A stretch of DNA of 64,000 nt from Octopus sinensis (taxonomy: Eukaryota). The position numbers and the translations under genes are program-made. Under the pieces are notes generated by a model that saw only the letters and a program-made list of their open reading frames with translations, made no database searches and was not told the origin of the DNA. The stretch covers positions 17,980,001-18,044,000 of the forward strand of contig NC_043004.1 in assembly GCF_006345805.1 (NCBI RefSeq), given 5' to 3'. Position 1 is the stretch's first letter. Each line of letters starts with the position of its first letter. Positions 1 through 13,343 of this stretch are shown piece after piece.

Positions 1-18
1 ATATATATATATATATAT

Positions 19-436
19 ACTCTCTTTACTCTTTACTCTTTTACTTGTTTCAGTCATCTGACTGCGGCCATGCTGGAGCACCACCTTTAATCGAGCAACT
101 CGACCCCGGGACTTATTCTTATTGTAAGCCCAGTACTTATTATATCGGTCTCTTTTGCCGAACCGCTAAGTAACGGGGACATAGACACACCAGCATCGGT
201 TGTCAAGCAATGCTAGGGGGACAAACACAGACACACAAACAAACACACATACATATATATATATACATATATACGACAGGCTTCTTTCAGTTTCCGTCTA
301 CCAAATCCACTCACAAGGCATTGGTCGGCCCGGGGCTATAGCAGAAGACACTTGCCCAAGATGCCACGCAGTGGGACTGAACCCGGAACCATGTGGTTGG
401 TTAGCAAGCTACTTACCACACAGCCACTCCTGCGCC
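19..436 (-). mobile_element. tRNA-derived SINE family A (head + internal AT/AC microsatellite + body + AAGAGTA-type tail), young subfamily
   Basis: Minus strand reads GGCGCAGGAGTGGCTGTGTGGT..GGTTCAGTCCC (A/B-box-like head), microsatellite, body ending GGTGCTCCAGCATGGCCGCAGTC..GACTGAAACAAGTAAAAGAGTA; many homologous copies in the window. Confidence 0.9.
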
Positions 437-528
<92 letters not shown>

Positions 529-574
529 TATATAATATATATATAATATATATATGTATAATATATACATAATA

Positions 575-651
<77 letters not shown>

Positions 652-749
652 TATAGTTGTGCAAGGTCATTGAAATATAATGGCAACAGAAGTAGTACTG
701 GTACCAAAATACAGTCTTTATATCCAGCTCATCATGGACGTTGTGTTAG

Positions 750-784
<35 letters not shown>

Positions 785-1064
785 ATATGTGCCTGTATGT
801 ATATACGTATTTGTGTACATATGTGTGTGTTTGTGACTATACATACATATTGAATGTACGTTTTTCTCGATTCCACTCAGTTTGTTTTTTTTTGTTTCTT
901 TTTTCATATTTCCATGTTAACAGCAAAAGACAGACGAGAAATATTTTTTGTTCTTTTTATATAGAATTAATTATACCAAATGGTTCATGCCATATTTTAC
1001 TATATTCCTCGATGAACAGCGACCAACTCTATTTCAGCCGTCCGTTCATTCTAGATATAGACAT

Positions 1065-1685
1065 GTAGGTGTGGCTGTGTGGTAAGTAGCTTGCTTACCA
1101 ACCACATGGTTCCGGGTTCAGTCCCACTGCGTGACACCTTCGGCAAGTGTCTTCTACATTAGTCTTAAGTCGACCAAAGCCTTGTGAGCGGATTTGGTAG
1201 ACGGAAACTGAAAGAAGCCCATCGTATAATCTCTCTCTATATAAACGGCAGTTTGTCTGTCTGTGTGTCTGTGTGTCTGTCAGGTTGTACCCTCACCCTG
1301 ACCACGGCTTTCAACCGATTCTGATGAAACTTGACACACACATAGCCCAATGTCATAATTCAAAACTAACGCAGCGAAAATTTTGAAAAGTTCCCCCAGT
1401 TCTAAAAAAAATCGATAAATTCGATATGGGGTCGAGAATCAGAAACACAAACCACAGACTGTCTAGGGGACGCAACTCGACCTTTTTAATTCTCAAAAAA
1501 AATTTACCATCATTTTTTTTCCATTTTTTTGCTGCTTTTTGGCTATAACTCTCTAAAAATGCTTTATAGTTATTTCCCTTATAAACCCGAGCAACGCTAG
1601 TTGTATATATATATATGATACTGCTAGTTGTATATATATGTATGTGTATATGTTTGTGTGTCTGCGTTTGTCCCCCCCCCCCAAC
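1065..1685 (+). mobile_element. SINE family A, split in its internal microsatellite by a Helitron-like insert; body truncated
   Basis: Head 1065-1228; start of body (TTTGTCCCCCCC) resumes at about 1640-1685. Confidence 0.75.
1230..1627 (+). mobile_element. Non-autonomous Helitron-like element, family 1, with rearranged 3' end
   Basis: 5' A|TCTCTCTCTATATAAACGGC; near-identical to 45460-45834; 3' CCCGAGCAACG-CTAG at 1597-1600, then a second GATACTGCTAG at 1617-1627. Confidence 0.7.
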
Positions 1686-1804
1686 TTAGAGTTTTTTAGT
1701 TGTCACTCGTTGCTTTTCTAAACAGAATTTGCAGCTGAAATGATATTTGTTTTTATCACTGTAAGAAATAATTCTATTTAATTGAAATATTTTGTCGTCA
1801 TCGT

Positions 1805-1946
1805 AGGCGCAGGAGTAGCTGTGTGGTAAGTAGTTTGCTTAGCAACCACATGGTTCCAAGTTCAATCCCACTACGTGGTACCTTGGGCAAGTGTCTTCTG
1901 CTTGTGAGTGGTTTGGTAGACGGAAGCTCAAAGAAGCCGCCGCATA

Positions 1947-1992
<46 letters not shown>

Positions 1993-2440
1993 TGTGTGTG
2001 TGTGTGTGTATGTTTGTGTGTCTGTGCTTGTCCCCCCCCCACCCACCCAACATCGCTTGACAACCGATGCTGGTGTGTTTAACCTGTTTATATTTATTGT
2101 ATTATAAATGAAAAACAACACCATGGAGGAATCGACATAAGCTTAAATAATAAACCGTGATAAGTGTACCGCGATAGGTGAACCGTAATATGGCGAGGGA
2201 TTACTGTATATGTGTTTGTATGACTGTATATGTGTTTGTGTGACTGTATTTGCCCCCCCACCATCGCTTGACAACTGATGTTGGTGTGTTTATGTCCCTG
2301 TAACTTAGCGGTTCAGCAAAAGAGACTGATAGAATAAGTACTAGGCTTCCAAAGAATAAGTCCTGGGATCGATTTGCTCGACTAAAGGCGGTGCTCCAGC
2401 ATGGCCACAGTCAAATGACTGAAACAAGAAAAAGAAAATC
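1805..2440 (+). mobile_element. SINE family A copies (head and partial body 1805-2082; body 2247-2440) interrupted by a DNA-transposon end fragment (2083-2208)
   Basis: Homology to family A; the 2083-2208 fragment matches ~8720-8795 and ends in a pogo/Tigger-like terminus (reverse complement CAGTAATCCCTCGCCATAT). Confidence 0.7.
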
Positions 2441-3342
2441 AAATATGTTAACCGTTGCCTTCATGCAGCAGGCGGTTCTGAGTATTTTCCTCCTGAGATC
2501 CTAACATAACAGTTTCACTGAGAGAGAAATTCTTGTTTTCTACCACATCCCCAGAGCTGAGAAGACGCAATTTAGTGATTGTTCAGTCCTTAGATTAGCA
2601 TGTTTCCTTTTAGGGTCCAAATTACTAAAGAGCAATTCTATGTAAGCATCTCTTTTGGAGACAATTCGACAGATTTTCGCCCTGATTTTATGCCATCCTT
2701 CACTCCTTAACCCCATCCTCGTACATTGCTCTCACGTCACACCCTATCGTTTATTTTTAAAGGAAGGACGCATGAAACAACATAATCTCATAGATATACA
2801 AAGAAGAAATGGAATGATTTCTACCAAGACGCATCGGACCACTTTTTTTTCTGGTTTTTGCACTGTTAGAATTGACTTAATGCAAGTCAAAAACAACAAC
2901 AATGATATGCAGTCTAGGCACCTCGAAATAGACTTACTATTTCTATAAACAAATGTTTCGAAGATCTTTCATCCAGATGGAGGGATGAAAAGACGCAATC
3001 AATACAATAAGTACACATACCAAGCCAGCAGTCTCGCAGCACTAACAGTCTCTGCTCATAAACAACTCGTATCTAAGGCGCTTATGTTCACTAAAGAGAC
3101 ATATGGAGGATCATGTATCCATAACAGTGGTTCTAGTGTTGCCGAGTACGTACGTTAACAACGAATCCGGTGCAAAAAGATAAAGTCTACTTAAACACGG
3201 CATACTACATTCAACCAATTTATATATACAGGTTAATTAAATTGAGTTAATTACCAAACGTAAAGCAAAACGCGTTCGCTGATGTCACACGTCTAATGAG
3301 CTTTAGCGAGAGCCTGTAATTACTAAGAGTAATTAAATTTAT

Positions 3343-3714
3343 TTACTCTTTTACTCTTTTACTTGTTTCAGTCATTTGACTGCGGCCATGCTGGAGCACC
3401 ACCTTTTTTTAGTACTTATTCTATCGGTCTCTTTTTGCCGAACCGCTAAGTTACGGGGACGTAAACACACCAGCATCGGTTGTCAAGCAATGCTAGGGGG
3501 ACAAACACAGACACACAAACACACACACATATACATATATATACATATATACGACAGGCTTCTTTCAGTTTCCGTCTACCAAATCCACTCACAAGGCATT
3601 GGTCGGCCCGGGGCTATAGCAGAAGACACTTGCCCAAGATGCCACGCAGTGGGACTGAACCCGCAACCGTGTGGTTGGTTAGCAAGCTACTTACCACACA
3701 GCCACTCCTGCGCC
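3343..3714 (-). mobile_element. SINE family A, young subfamily, internal deletion in body
   Basis: Shares diagnostic variants GCAATGCTAGGGG, ACGACAGG, CAAGGCATTGG, TAGCAGAAG, CAAGATGCC with 19-436. Confidence 0.9.
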
Positions 3715-4335
3715 TATTTAATAACCATTTTATAGTATATTTTAAAAACGAAAGCACCATACTTTAATTGTATCTCGGGAGGGCCATTACGCCAATAATA
3801 AACACACGCAATGGTTCTGTTTCGCTACTTTTGTTATTATCAGTCAACCAGTTAACCGTTTAACCAATTAAATAATCAATTGTTTGATTACTTAATTGGC
3901 TAGATTCGTTGGAATCCTTTCATTACCATTCACGGCCTCATCAAAAACATTCTCTCTCTCTTTCTCTCTATCCCCATTCTCTGATTTAACACACAATTTC
4001 ACATCAGGAATTTTGCAAACTAATTTAGAAAAACCGTACTTGAGAACTTTTGTAAACATTTGGTAAGTCGTGAATAATTGATATTCCATTGATAGTCAAT
4101 AGCTGTGATTCAAAAGCTTGTTTTAAAAGTTATATTTCTTTTTAAAATATAAAATTTCTAGATGAATCAAGTAAAATTCTTTTAGATTTATCAGTCGAAT
4201 TGTTTGTTGTTAATCAATCTTTAACCATCTTTTAGAAATATACAAGATACCTTTTTTTTACAGTCGAGTGAAAAACGAAATATTTTTAAAGTTTTATGTA
4301 TTTCGATTGTTTTAGCAGTATAATTTGTATAACAA

Positions 4336-5175
<840 letters not shown>

Positions 5176-5421
5176 ATAAACGTAAAGAGAGAGAAGTGGA
5201 GGGAGAGAACGAGGGAAACTTTAAAACAAGAGAAACATTAAAACGGCTGAAGTCAAATAAGTCAGCGTCGAATCAGCGACGTCAGGTAGGAGATACCAAA
5301 GCGGCTTCGTTAAAACGTCTCGTACCCACTAGTTGAGCTTACTCCTTACTCTACGGAACTTGGTACCCACTGGATCAAATATATCAGCGACAAAATTGTT
5401 TTTAATATATTGAGTTTTAAT

Positions 5422-5820
5422 AAGGCGGTGAGCTGGCAGAAACGTTAGCACGCCGGGCAAAATGCTTAGCCGTATTTCGTCTGCCATTACGCTCTGAGTT
5501 CAAATTCCGCCGAGGTCGACTTTGCCTTTCATCCTTCCGAGGTCGATTAAATAAGTACCAGTTACGCAATGGGGTCGATGTAATCAACTTAATCCGTTTG
5601 TCTGTCCTTGTTTGTCCCCTCTGTGTGTAGCCCCTTGTGGGTAGTAAAGAAATAGGTATTTTGTCTGTCTTTACGTTCTGAGTTCAAATTCCACAGACGT
5701 CAACTTTGCCTTTTATCCTTTCGGAGTCGATAAATTAAGTACCAGTTGTGTACTGGATCGATCTAATCGACTGGCCCCACCTCCCTCAAAATTTCGGGCC
5801 TTGTGCTTAGAGTAGAAAAG
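5422..5820 (+). mobile_element. tRNA-derived SINE family B (head + two internal modules) with 18-bp target-site duplication
   Basis: GGCGGTGAGCTGGCAGAAACGTTAG head, GAGTTCAAATTCC B-box; TSD AATATATTGAGTTTTAAT at 5404-5421 and 5821-5838. Confidence 0.9.
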
Positions 5821-6280
5821 AATATATTGAGTTTTAATCATTATAGAAAAAGAAAGCAAAAACGCAATCTGTTGTGTGGGGAGAGAAATGTTACGACTCC
5901 TTTTATGCAAAGAATACCATTGTATAGTAATAGTAAATAGGAGTTTTCTATCGATTATTAACGAATTTGGTGACTTTTTTTTTACTGCTTTAAGGCTAAT
6001 GTTAAATTCATGCGCAAGTTGGTTATTTCTCTCCGCTCTCTTTCCCGCCCCCCATACATTGTTTTATAAACAATGACATCAGGAATTGATTTTCAAACAG
6101 CGTACAACTCGTTAACAATTCTTGTATTGATCTTAAGAACTGTAACAGCTTCGTAATGTCATTTCAAATTAATATATATCTTCCAAACGCAGTAAGCATT
6201 TACATACGTGTATGTGTGGGTGTATATGCTTACACGATAATGCTTCTTGCCGGTTTCAATCAAGGTATGTGTGTGTGCGC

Positions 6281-7547
6281 TGAGTTCAATTTCCTCCGAG
6301 GTCGACTTTGCCTTTCATCCGTTCGGGTTCGATTAAATAAGTACCAGTTACGCACTGGGGTCGATATAATCGACTTAATTCGTTTGTCTGTCCTTGTTTG
6401 TCCTCTCTGTGTCTAGCCCCTTGTGGGTAGAAAAGAAATAGGTATTTCGTCTGCCGTTACGTTCTGAGTTCAAATTCCGCCGAGGTCGACTATACCTTTC
6501 ATCCGTTCGGGATCGATTAAATAAGTACCAGTTACGCACTGGGGTCGATATAATCGACTTAAACCGTTTGTCTGTCCTTGTTTGTCCTCTCTGTGTCTAG
6601 CCCCTTGTGGGTAGAAAAGAAATAGGTATTTAGTCTGCCGTTACGTTCTGAGTTCAAATTCCGCCGAGGTCGACTATACCTTTCATCCGTTCGGGGTCGA
6701 TTAAATAAGTACCAGTTACGCACTGGGGTCGATATAATCGACTTAATCCGTTTGTCTGTCCTTGTTTGTCCTCTCTGTGTCTAGCCCCTTGTGGGTAGTA
6801 AATAAATAGGTATTTCGTCTGCCGTTACGTTCTGAGTTCAAATTCCGCCGAGGTCGACTATACCTTTCATCCGTTCGGGATCCGATTAAATAAGTACCAG
6901 TTACACACTGGGGTCGATATAATCGACTTAATCCGTTTGTCTGTCCTTGTTTGTCCTCTCTGTGTCTAGCCCCTTGTGGGTAGAAAAGAAATAGGTATTT
7001 CATCTGCCATTACGTTCTGAGTTCAAATTCCGCCGAGATCGACTATACCTTTCATCCGTTCGGGGTCGATTAAATAAGTACCAGTTACGCACTGGGGTCG
7101 ATATAATCGACTTAATCCGTTTGTCTGTCCTTGTTTGTCCTCTCTGTGTCTAGCCCCTTGTGGGTAGTAAATAAATAGGTATTTCGTCTGCCGTTACGTT
7201 CTGAGTTCAAATTCCGCCGAGGTCGACTATACCTTTCATCCGTTCGGGATCGATTAAATAAGTACCAGTTACGCACTGGGGTCGATATAATCGACTTAAT
7301 CCGTTTGTCTGTCCTTGTTTGTCCTCTCTGTGTCTAGCCCCTTGTGGGTAGAAAAGAAATAGGTATTTCATCTGCCATTACGTTCTGAGTTCAAATTCCG
7401 CCGAGATCGACTATACCTTTCATCCGTTCAGGGTCGATTAAATAAGTACCAGTTACGCACTGGAGTCGATATAATCGACTTAATCCATTTGTCTGTCCTT
7501 GTTTGTCCTCTCTGTGTCTAGCCCCTTGTGGTTAGTAAAGAAATAGG
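6281..7547 (+). repeat. Tandem array of seven ~184-bp SINE-B internal modules
   Basis: Units start at 6281, 6465, 6649, 6833, 7018, 7202, 7386; each carries GAGTTCAA(A/T)TT, the ..AAATAAGTACCAGTT.. core and GCCCCTTGTGG. Confidence 0.95.
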
Positions 7548-7660
7548 AGTGCGTGTGCGTCCACGCGCGTTAAATATACATATACACACACGTCAGTATA
7601 CATAAATATTTCTAAATACATCAAGACGAATAAATACAATATATGCTATATACAGATTAT

Positions 7661-7868
7661 TCTTTATTTTAATTCTTTTATTTGTTCCAGTCATTTGACT
7701 GCGGCCATGCTGGAGCACCGCCTTTAGTCGAACAAATCGACCCCAGGACTTATTCTTTGGAAGCCTAGTACTTATATTATCGGTCTTGCTTGCCGAACCG
7801 CTAAGTTACGGGGACGTAAACACCAGTATCGGTTGTCTAGCGATGTTGGGGGTGTGGGAGCAAACATA

Positions 7869-7908
<40 letters not shown>

Positions 7909-8487
7909 TACATATATATATATCTGAGCGTTAGACGATATACCACAATCCCCTATTTTGTCGGGTATGTTCTGAGTCTGCGCAGTGTTTTGAATAGTTT
8001 AGAAAGAGCATTTCGATAGACGCACATGGGTCTATTGATATGGTCTTCCCATAATTAACAGGAATCTTACTGAAGAGCCAGCCTGAGTAAATAAATATTA
8101 TTTTTATTACTGAATTTGGCGAAACTGCAGTATAAGAAAAGCTAAGTTTGTAAAAGTTTTTAATTTTCATCTCACTAAATTTATCCAGCTTTTGTGTATC
8201 TAGTGCACACTTCGCCTTGAATGTAATTTATATATGAATAATATATGACGTGTACTGGTACACCGGCGATTATAATTAATTTTATTGTATCGCGTTTAAC
8301 TTTGTGTATATATATATATATATACGAGGGGCTTCTTTCAGTTTCCGTCTACCAATACCACTCACAAGGCTTCGGTCGGCCCGGGGCTATAGTAAAAGAC
8401 TTTTGCCCAAGGTGCCATGCAGTGGCACTGAACCCAGAACCATGTGGTTGAGAAGCAAGCTACTTACCACACAGCTATTTCTGCGCC
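7661..8487 (-). mobile_element. SINE family A split by a ~380-bp insert (body 7661-7870; head 8324-8487)
   Basis: Body and head in correct order and orientation, with microsatellite on both sides of the insert. Confidence 0.75.
8065..8137 (+). ncRNA. Minimal type I hammerhead ribozyme motif, canonical core
   Basis: Stem I TCTTA/TAAGA; CTGAAGA core 8070-8076; stem II GCCA..TGGC with AT-rich extension; GAAA 8121-8124; palindromic stem III ACTGCAGT; GUA cleavage triplet ending at 8132. Confidence 0.75.
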
Positions 8488-8514
8488 TATTATATATACG
8501 AAAAATTTAAAAAT

Positions 8515-8608
8515 ACAGTAATTCCTCGACTATCGCGGGTGTTCCGTTTCAAACCCCACTCCCTGCGTTAGGTGAAAATCCACGAAGTAGAAACTACACT
8601 ACTGTGTA

Positions 8609-8651
<43 letters not shown>

Positions 8652-8659
8652 ATATATAT

Positions 8660-8704
<45 letters not shown>

Positions 8705-8810
8705 TATATATATATAATTTGTATACATTTATTTTATTATAAATGCAAAACAACCCCACGGAGGAATCGTCGTAAGCTTAAATAATAAACCGCGATATGA
8801 TATAAAGAGC
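8515..8810 (+). mobile_element. pogo/Tigger-like non-autonomous DNA transposon fragment
   Basis: Begins TA-CAGTAATTCCTCGACTATCGCGG; internal part homologous to 2085-2160. Confidence 0.4.
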
Positions 8811-8980
8811 AAATGTGTCTTCACACGGGTTCGACGATAACTAACAATACCATATATCTTTCGTGTAATCGAATGTATTTGTAGAATAATGAATTTAAAC
8901 TTATTTTCAATGGCGTAACCCAGGATATTCAAGCCAAGGTTTCCTATCATGATTTACAATATCCGTTTCAGTATTTTGGC

Positions 8981-9768
8981 ACTAGGCCAGAAATTTCGGG
9001 GATGGGGCTGAGTCGATTACATCGACTCCAGTACTCAACTGGTACTTATTTTATCGACCCTGAATGGATGAAAGACAAAGTCCATCTCGACGGAATTTGA
9101 ACTCAGAGCATAAAGACAGACGAAATACCTATTTTTTACTACCCACAAAGGGCTAAACACAGAGAGGACAAACAAGGACAGACAAATGGATTAAGTCGAT
9201 TATATCGATCCAAGTGCGTAACTGGTACTTATTTAATCGACCCCGAAAGGATGAAAGGCAAAGTCGACCTCGGCGGAATTTGAACTCAGAACGTAAAGAC
9301 AGACGAAATACCGCTAAGCATTTCGCCCGGCGTGCTAACGGCTGCCAGCTCGCCGCCTAAGCATGGCTAACATTATTCTTTTCTACTCTAGGCACAAGGC
9401 CCGAAATTATTGGGGAGGGGTCCAGTCGACTAGGTCGACCCCAGTACACAACTGGTACTTAATTTCTCGCTCCCCAAAGAATGAAAGGCAAAGTCGACGT
9501 CGGCGGAATTTGAACTCAACGTAAAGACAGATGAAATACCTATTTCGTAACTACCTACAAGGGGCTAAACACAGAGAGGACAAACAAGGACAGACAAACG
9601 GATTAAGTCGATTATATCGACTCCAGTGCGTAACTGGTATTTAATTTATCGACCCCGAACGGATGAAAGGCAAAGTCGACCTCGACTGAATTTGAACTCA
9701 GAACGTAAAGACAAACGAAATACCGCTAAGCATTTGACCCGGCTTGCTAACGGCTGCCAACTCACCGC
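8981..9768 (-). mobile_element. Two head-to-tail SINE family B copies (8981-9357; 9376-9768)
   Basis: Each has two internal modules and a head; both are followed on + by TAAGCATGGCTAACA. Confidence 0.85.
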
Positions 9769-10650
9769 TTAAGCATGGCTAACAATATTAAGTATGGCTT
9801 ACAGTATTGTTAAGCATGGCAAACAATATTGAAACAGCTTTTTCTTATAGTAAGTAGAGATATGAAAAAAAAAAAGAAAGCACATTGAGATGCAATTGTT
9901 AAAGAAAGAAGTGAATCAGTCATTTAGTTTTAAAAGGGGGGCGGGGGAATCACCAAATTCGATAAAATAAATCAATATACATTTCTCTTTAACAATACTA
10001 TTACTATACAATGTTGTTTTCTCCGTAACAATATTGTCTACATTAACAAAAAAAAGATAATTGCAATAAATGTATTTCCAGAATGCGTTCTACTTCCACA
10101 ATAACTTTTTTTTTTAAACTGAAAAAAAGCGTATTAACAATTTATTAATAACAATTTCATTTCACTTATAAAAATCTTTAATTCAGAAAGTGGTAAGTTC
10201 AGTAGACAAGAATTGAGGTCACCTAAGCTAAGTACACAAATTAATATGTTTTCTGAGTTGAAGCAGCATCACATCACTTACACATTAATGTAATTGAAAT
10301 GCACCGACTTCTAGCTTCCTGTTAAACCATAAAATAGATACCCTTCCGTCTCAGCTAACAGCTATCGAATTTTTCTTCAATCTTCTCTGATCTTCTCCAC
10401 GATCACTCCAAACCGCACGCGCACGCGCGCTCCTGCATATTGCATGCGCTGTCCGGCTTTTATGTCTTCCCTGTAGCTAGGAGGCAGAGGCGGTATGAGA
10501 ATCTCCGACCCTGGTGGCACTTTTCGGTGACCGTCATTTTTGGGTCTGCTGTATAAGTCTGCATACAGACTTATACAGCGGTGGAGGCGGATGAGGAAAC
10601 AAACCCAAGGGCTGCTCCGGGACGCACTCACTTTAGCGACATCACAATGC

Positions 10651-10950
10651 AAACAAGAGCACGATTAACCAGAGATGATTTTTAAAATGAGAATATCTGC
10701 AATAAACACAACTGCTCTCACAAACGAGAATACTAAAAATGAACCCGACCGCTCTCAAAACTTAGGTTAAAAAAATAACAGGAAAAATAACCCCAAATCA
10801 TTGTCAGTTCGTGCCAGTTACGAGGCCAAAACATCATTGAAAGTTTCATCCGAATCCATCCAGCGGTTCTTGAGATATATTTTCCACAGACAAACAAACA
10901 AACGCGACTGCAAACAATACCCCCGCCTTCGCTAAGGTGGGAGGAATAAA
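10651..10950 (+). mobile_element. Helentron-associated/DINE-1-like non-autonomous element
   Basis: Starts AACAAGAGC, contains an ACAGACAAACAAAC repeat and a 3' hairpin CCCCGCCTTCGCTAAGGTGGGA; family assignment by pattern recognition only. Confidence 0.45.
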
Positions 10951-11019
10951 CGTAAATACTTCCAAAAGCCTCGAAGGATTTCCAAGAGTCAGTGTTTAGT
11001 CCTGCTAATGCGGTATGCT

Positions 11020-11612
11020 TGAAGAATCGTTAGCACGCCGGGCAAGACGATGGGCGGCATTACGTCTGTCATTACGTTCTGAATTCAAATTCCGCCGATT
11101 TCGACTTTGCCTTTCATCCTATCGGTGTCCATAAAATAAGTACCAGTTGAGTCCTGGGGTCGATGTAATCGACTTACCCCTCCCCCAAAATTGCTGGTCT
11201 TCTGTCAAAATTTGAAACGAATATTGTAAGCCATAATAAGGCGGTGTGTGAGAGAATCGTTAACGTGACGGACAAAATGCTTAGCGGCATTTCGTCCCTC
11301 TTTACGTTTTGAGTTAAATTCCGCCAGGGTCGACTTTAGTTTTCATCACTTCGGGGTCAATAAAATATGCACCAGATGAGCATTAGGGTTGATGTAATTG
11401 ACTTAAGCCCTGCCCGAAACTGCTGGCCTTGTTCCAAAATTTGAAATCAATATCCAGCCCCGCCTTTATGGCAAATAAATGGATTGCCGTTTTAGGGGTA
11501 CACGTGTCTGTGGAGTGTTCAACCACTTACACGTTAATTTCACAAGCAGACTGTTCCGTTGATCGAATCAACTGGAACCCTCGTCGTTGTAACCGATGGA
11601 GTGCCACGTTAC
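11020..11612 (+). mobile_element. Two degenerate SINE-B copies (~11020-11220, ~11238-11450) and a 3' fragment of SINE family C (~11490-11612)
   Basis: B-box-like motifs and AAGTACCAG core; the fragment matches 42255-42360. Confidence 0.65.
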
Positions 11613-12830
11613 ACTTATGAATATATATACATATACGTACGTAGAATGTGCATTTATTCTTATACGGCGCTGGATTGACCCTTAAGCATGTGCTTAGGGC
11701 ATAAAGGGAAGGAGGGGAGGCACCACAGGAATGATAAATAGTTTACGGCACAAAAGAAATCACTTTAAACTTGCTAAAATAATATTCGTAATGCCTTTAT
11801 CTCTACTAAGTATACCTGCAGACGTGTTACCTAAAATTAATTTTGAGGATCTGATCACAGATTTTGCAATTCAAAAACGTAGGAGGAAACTTTTCAAATA
11901 TAAATAAAGTGAAAGTATACAAAAATAAGCATTATTTTCCCTCTTACAGTTTTGTTTCAGTTTGAAAAATAAAAATTTATTTTATGGTTTGTTATTGTTT
12001 ATATTTTGAATTACATAATCTTTTATGGGAGTACCAAAATATTTTAAGTGCTTAGGGTATCTATGGGTCTTAATCCGGTCCTGCCCTCATATATAACGAA
12101 AATTCATTTCACTGAATTCAAAATAGCAATAGTTTCATCTTATGCATAATGTCGAATCTACTGAACACTTCTTCTTTATTTAGAAAATAAAAAGATGACA
12201 AAGATTTAGCTGGTCATCCAAATCTTGTCTTCTCAATACATAACTACATAGAATACTGGTTATTCAATTCCAACACAAATATCTCTTTGGTATGGTTGTT
12301 TTGTCTAGCATATATGTCTCAATATAAACACGTTTCCAAGGTAACGAGGTTGTAGCAATGAAACGACCAGACAAAAGGAAAAGAGGAAATACATCTTATG
12401 TTCTTGCTTGTCAAATCTTCTCCAAGACATAATGTAAAACGTTTGGTTAGAAGCCATTTATTAGCAAAGAAAAGAACTACTTTCTTTCATCAGAAAGATG
12501 GCTTTTACATACCCAAAGCATTTTTTTTTTCTGGTTCTGAAATTTATCCAAAGACTATGTAAACATTGAAGTGCATTTAAGCAAACATGCTGTCGAACAT
12601 GGCATGTGCGATTACATCAATACTGAATTATAGTCATGAACATGTTTATATACATACATGTGTACATAGACATACCGTAAATCCTCCAGTATAGTCCGCC
12701 CTTGAGTATAATACGCACCCCTTCTCTAACTTGAGCCGTGCGTAATTAAGCCAGCAGCACCCAGTCGAAAAAACACTTCCGCACATGCGTAATACAATAA
12801 TGATGATGTTCTTAATTGTTATATGGGAAT

Positions 12831-13343
12831 TCTATATATATAAAACTGTAGTTGTGTGAGTGTCTGTCCCCTTCGATTTAGATTCCTAACTACTCCCACG
12901 TTTTGCGGTGCAGTTTAACCAAATTCGGGCATCTTATAGTCGTGATTCATATCAAGCCCGTCTGGGTATTAGCGTGCGTCTACGATGAGTCTACGATTTT
13001 AAAAATAATTTAACATCATTTTTTATTCCATTTTAATGCATAATTTTTCGTGTGTCGATGGCGGCGGTGTTGGCGTCCATGGTCACACCTGCACCTGTTT
13101 GCTTCTCCCCATTCTTCCCTCCCTCGTGAAGCTGTGGGGAAGGGAGTGTAAGGAAATCAACGTCGTAAAGCGTTGTCAAGGAGACCAGCGTTCTTTTAGA
13201 ACAACGACTTCATGTCTTGAAGACACCAAAACAGAAATGGCTAAGAAAGCCCGAATTGGCATCTATAAGGGAAGTAACTCTCTAAAAATGCTTATATAGT
13301 CATTTCCCTTACAAACCCGAGCAACGCCGGGCGATACTGCTAG
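12831..13343 (+). mobile_element. Non-autonomous Helitron-like element, family 2
   Basis: 5' TCTATATATATAAAAC; 3' hairpin CCCGAGCAACGCCGGG followed by CTAG|T; 5' half homologous to 45836-46160. Confidence 0.75.

Noticed and set aside
270-436. ADAR (A-to-G) signature in the young SINE subfamily
   Set aside because: Diagnostic differences are mixed (T>A, C>T, A>G, T>C, A>T), with no A-to-G excess.
6281-7547. CRISPR-like or ribozyme-containing tandem array
   Set aside because: No unique spacers, no cas genes, eukaryotic context; no hammerhead core found on either strand of the unit.
11664-12083. hAT-like MITE
   Set aside because: 3' end TTAATCCGGTCCTG is suggestive, but the 5' TIR is too degenerate and no TSD is visible.
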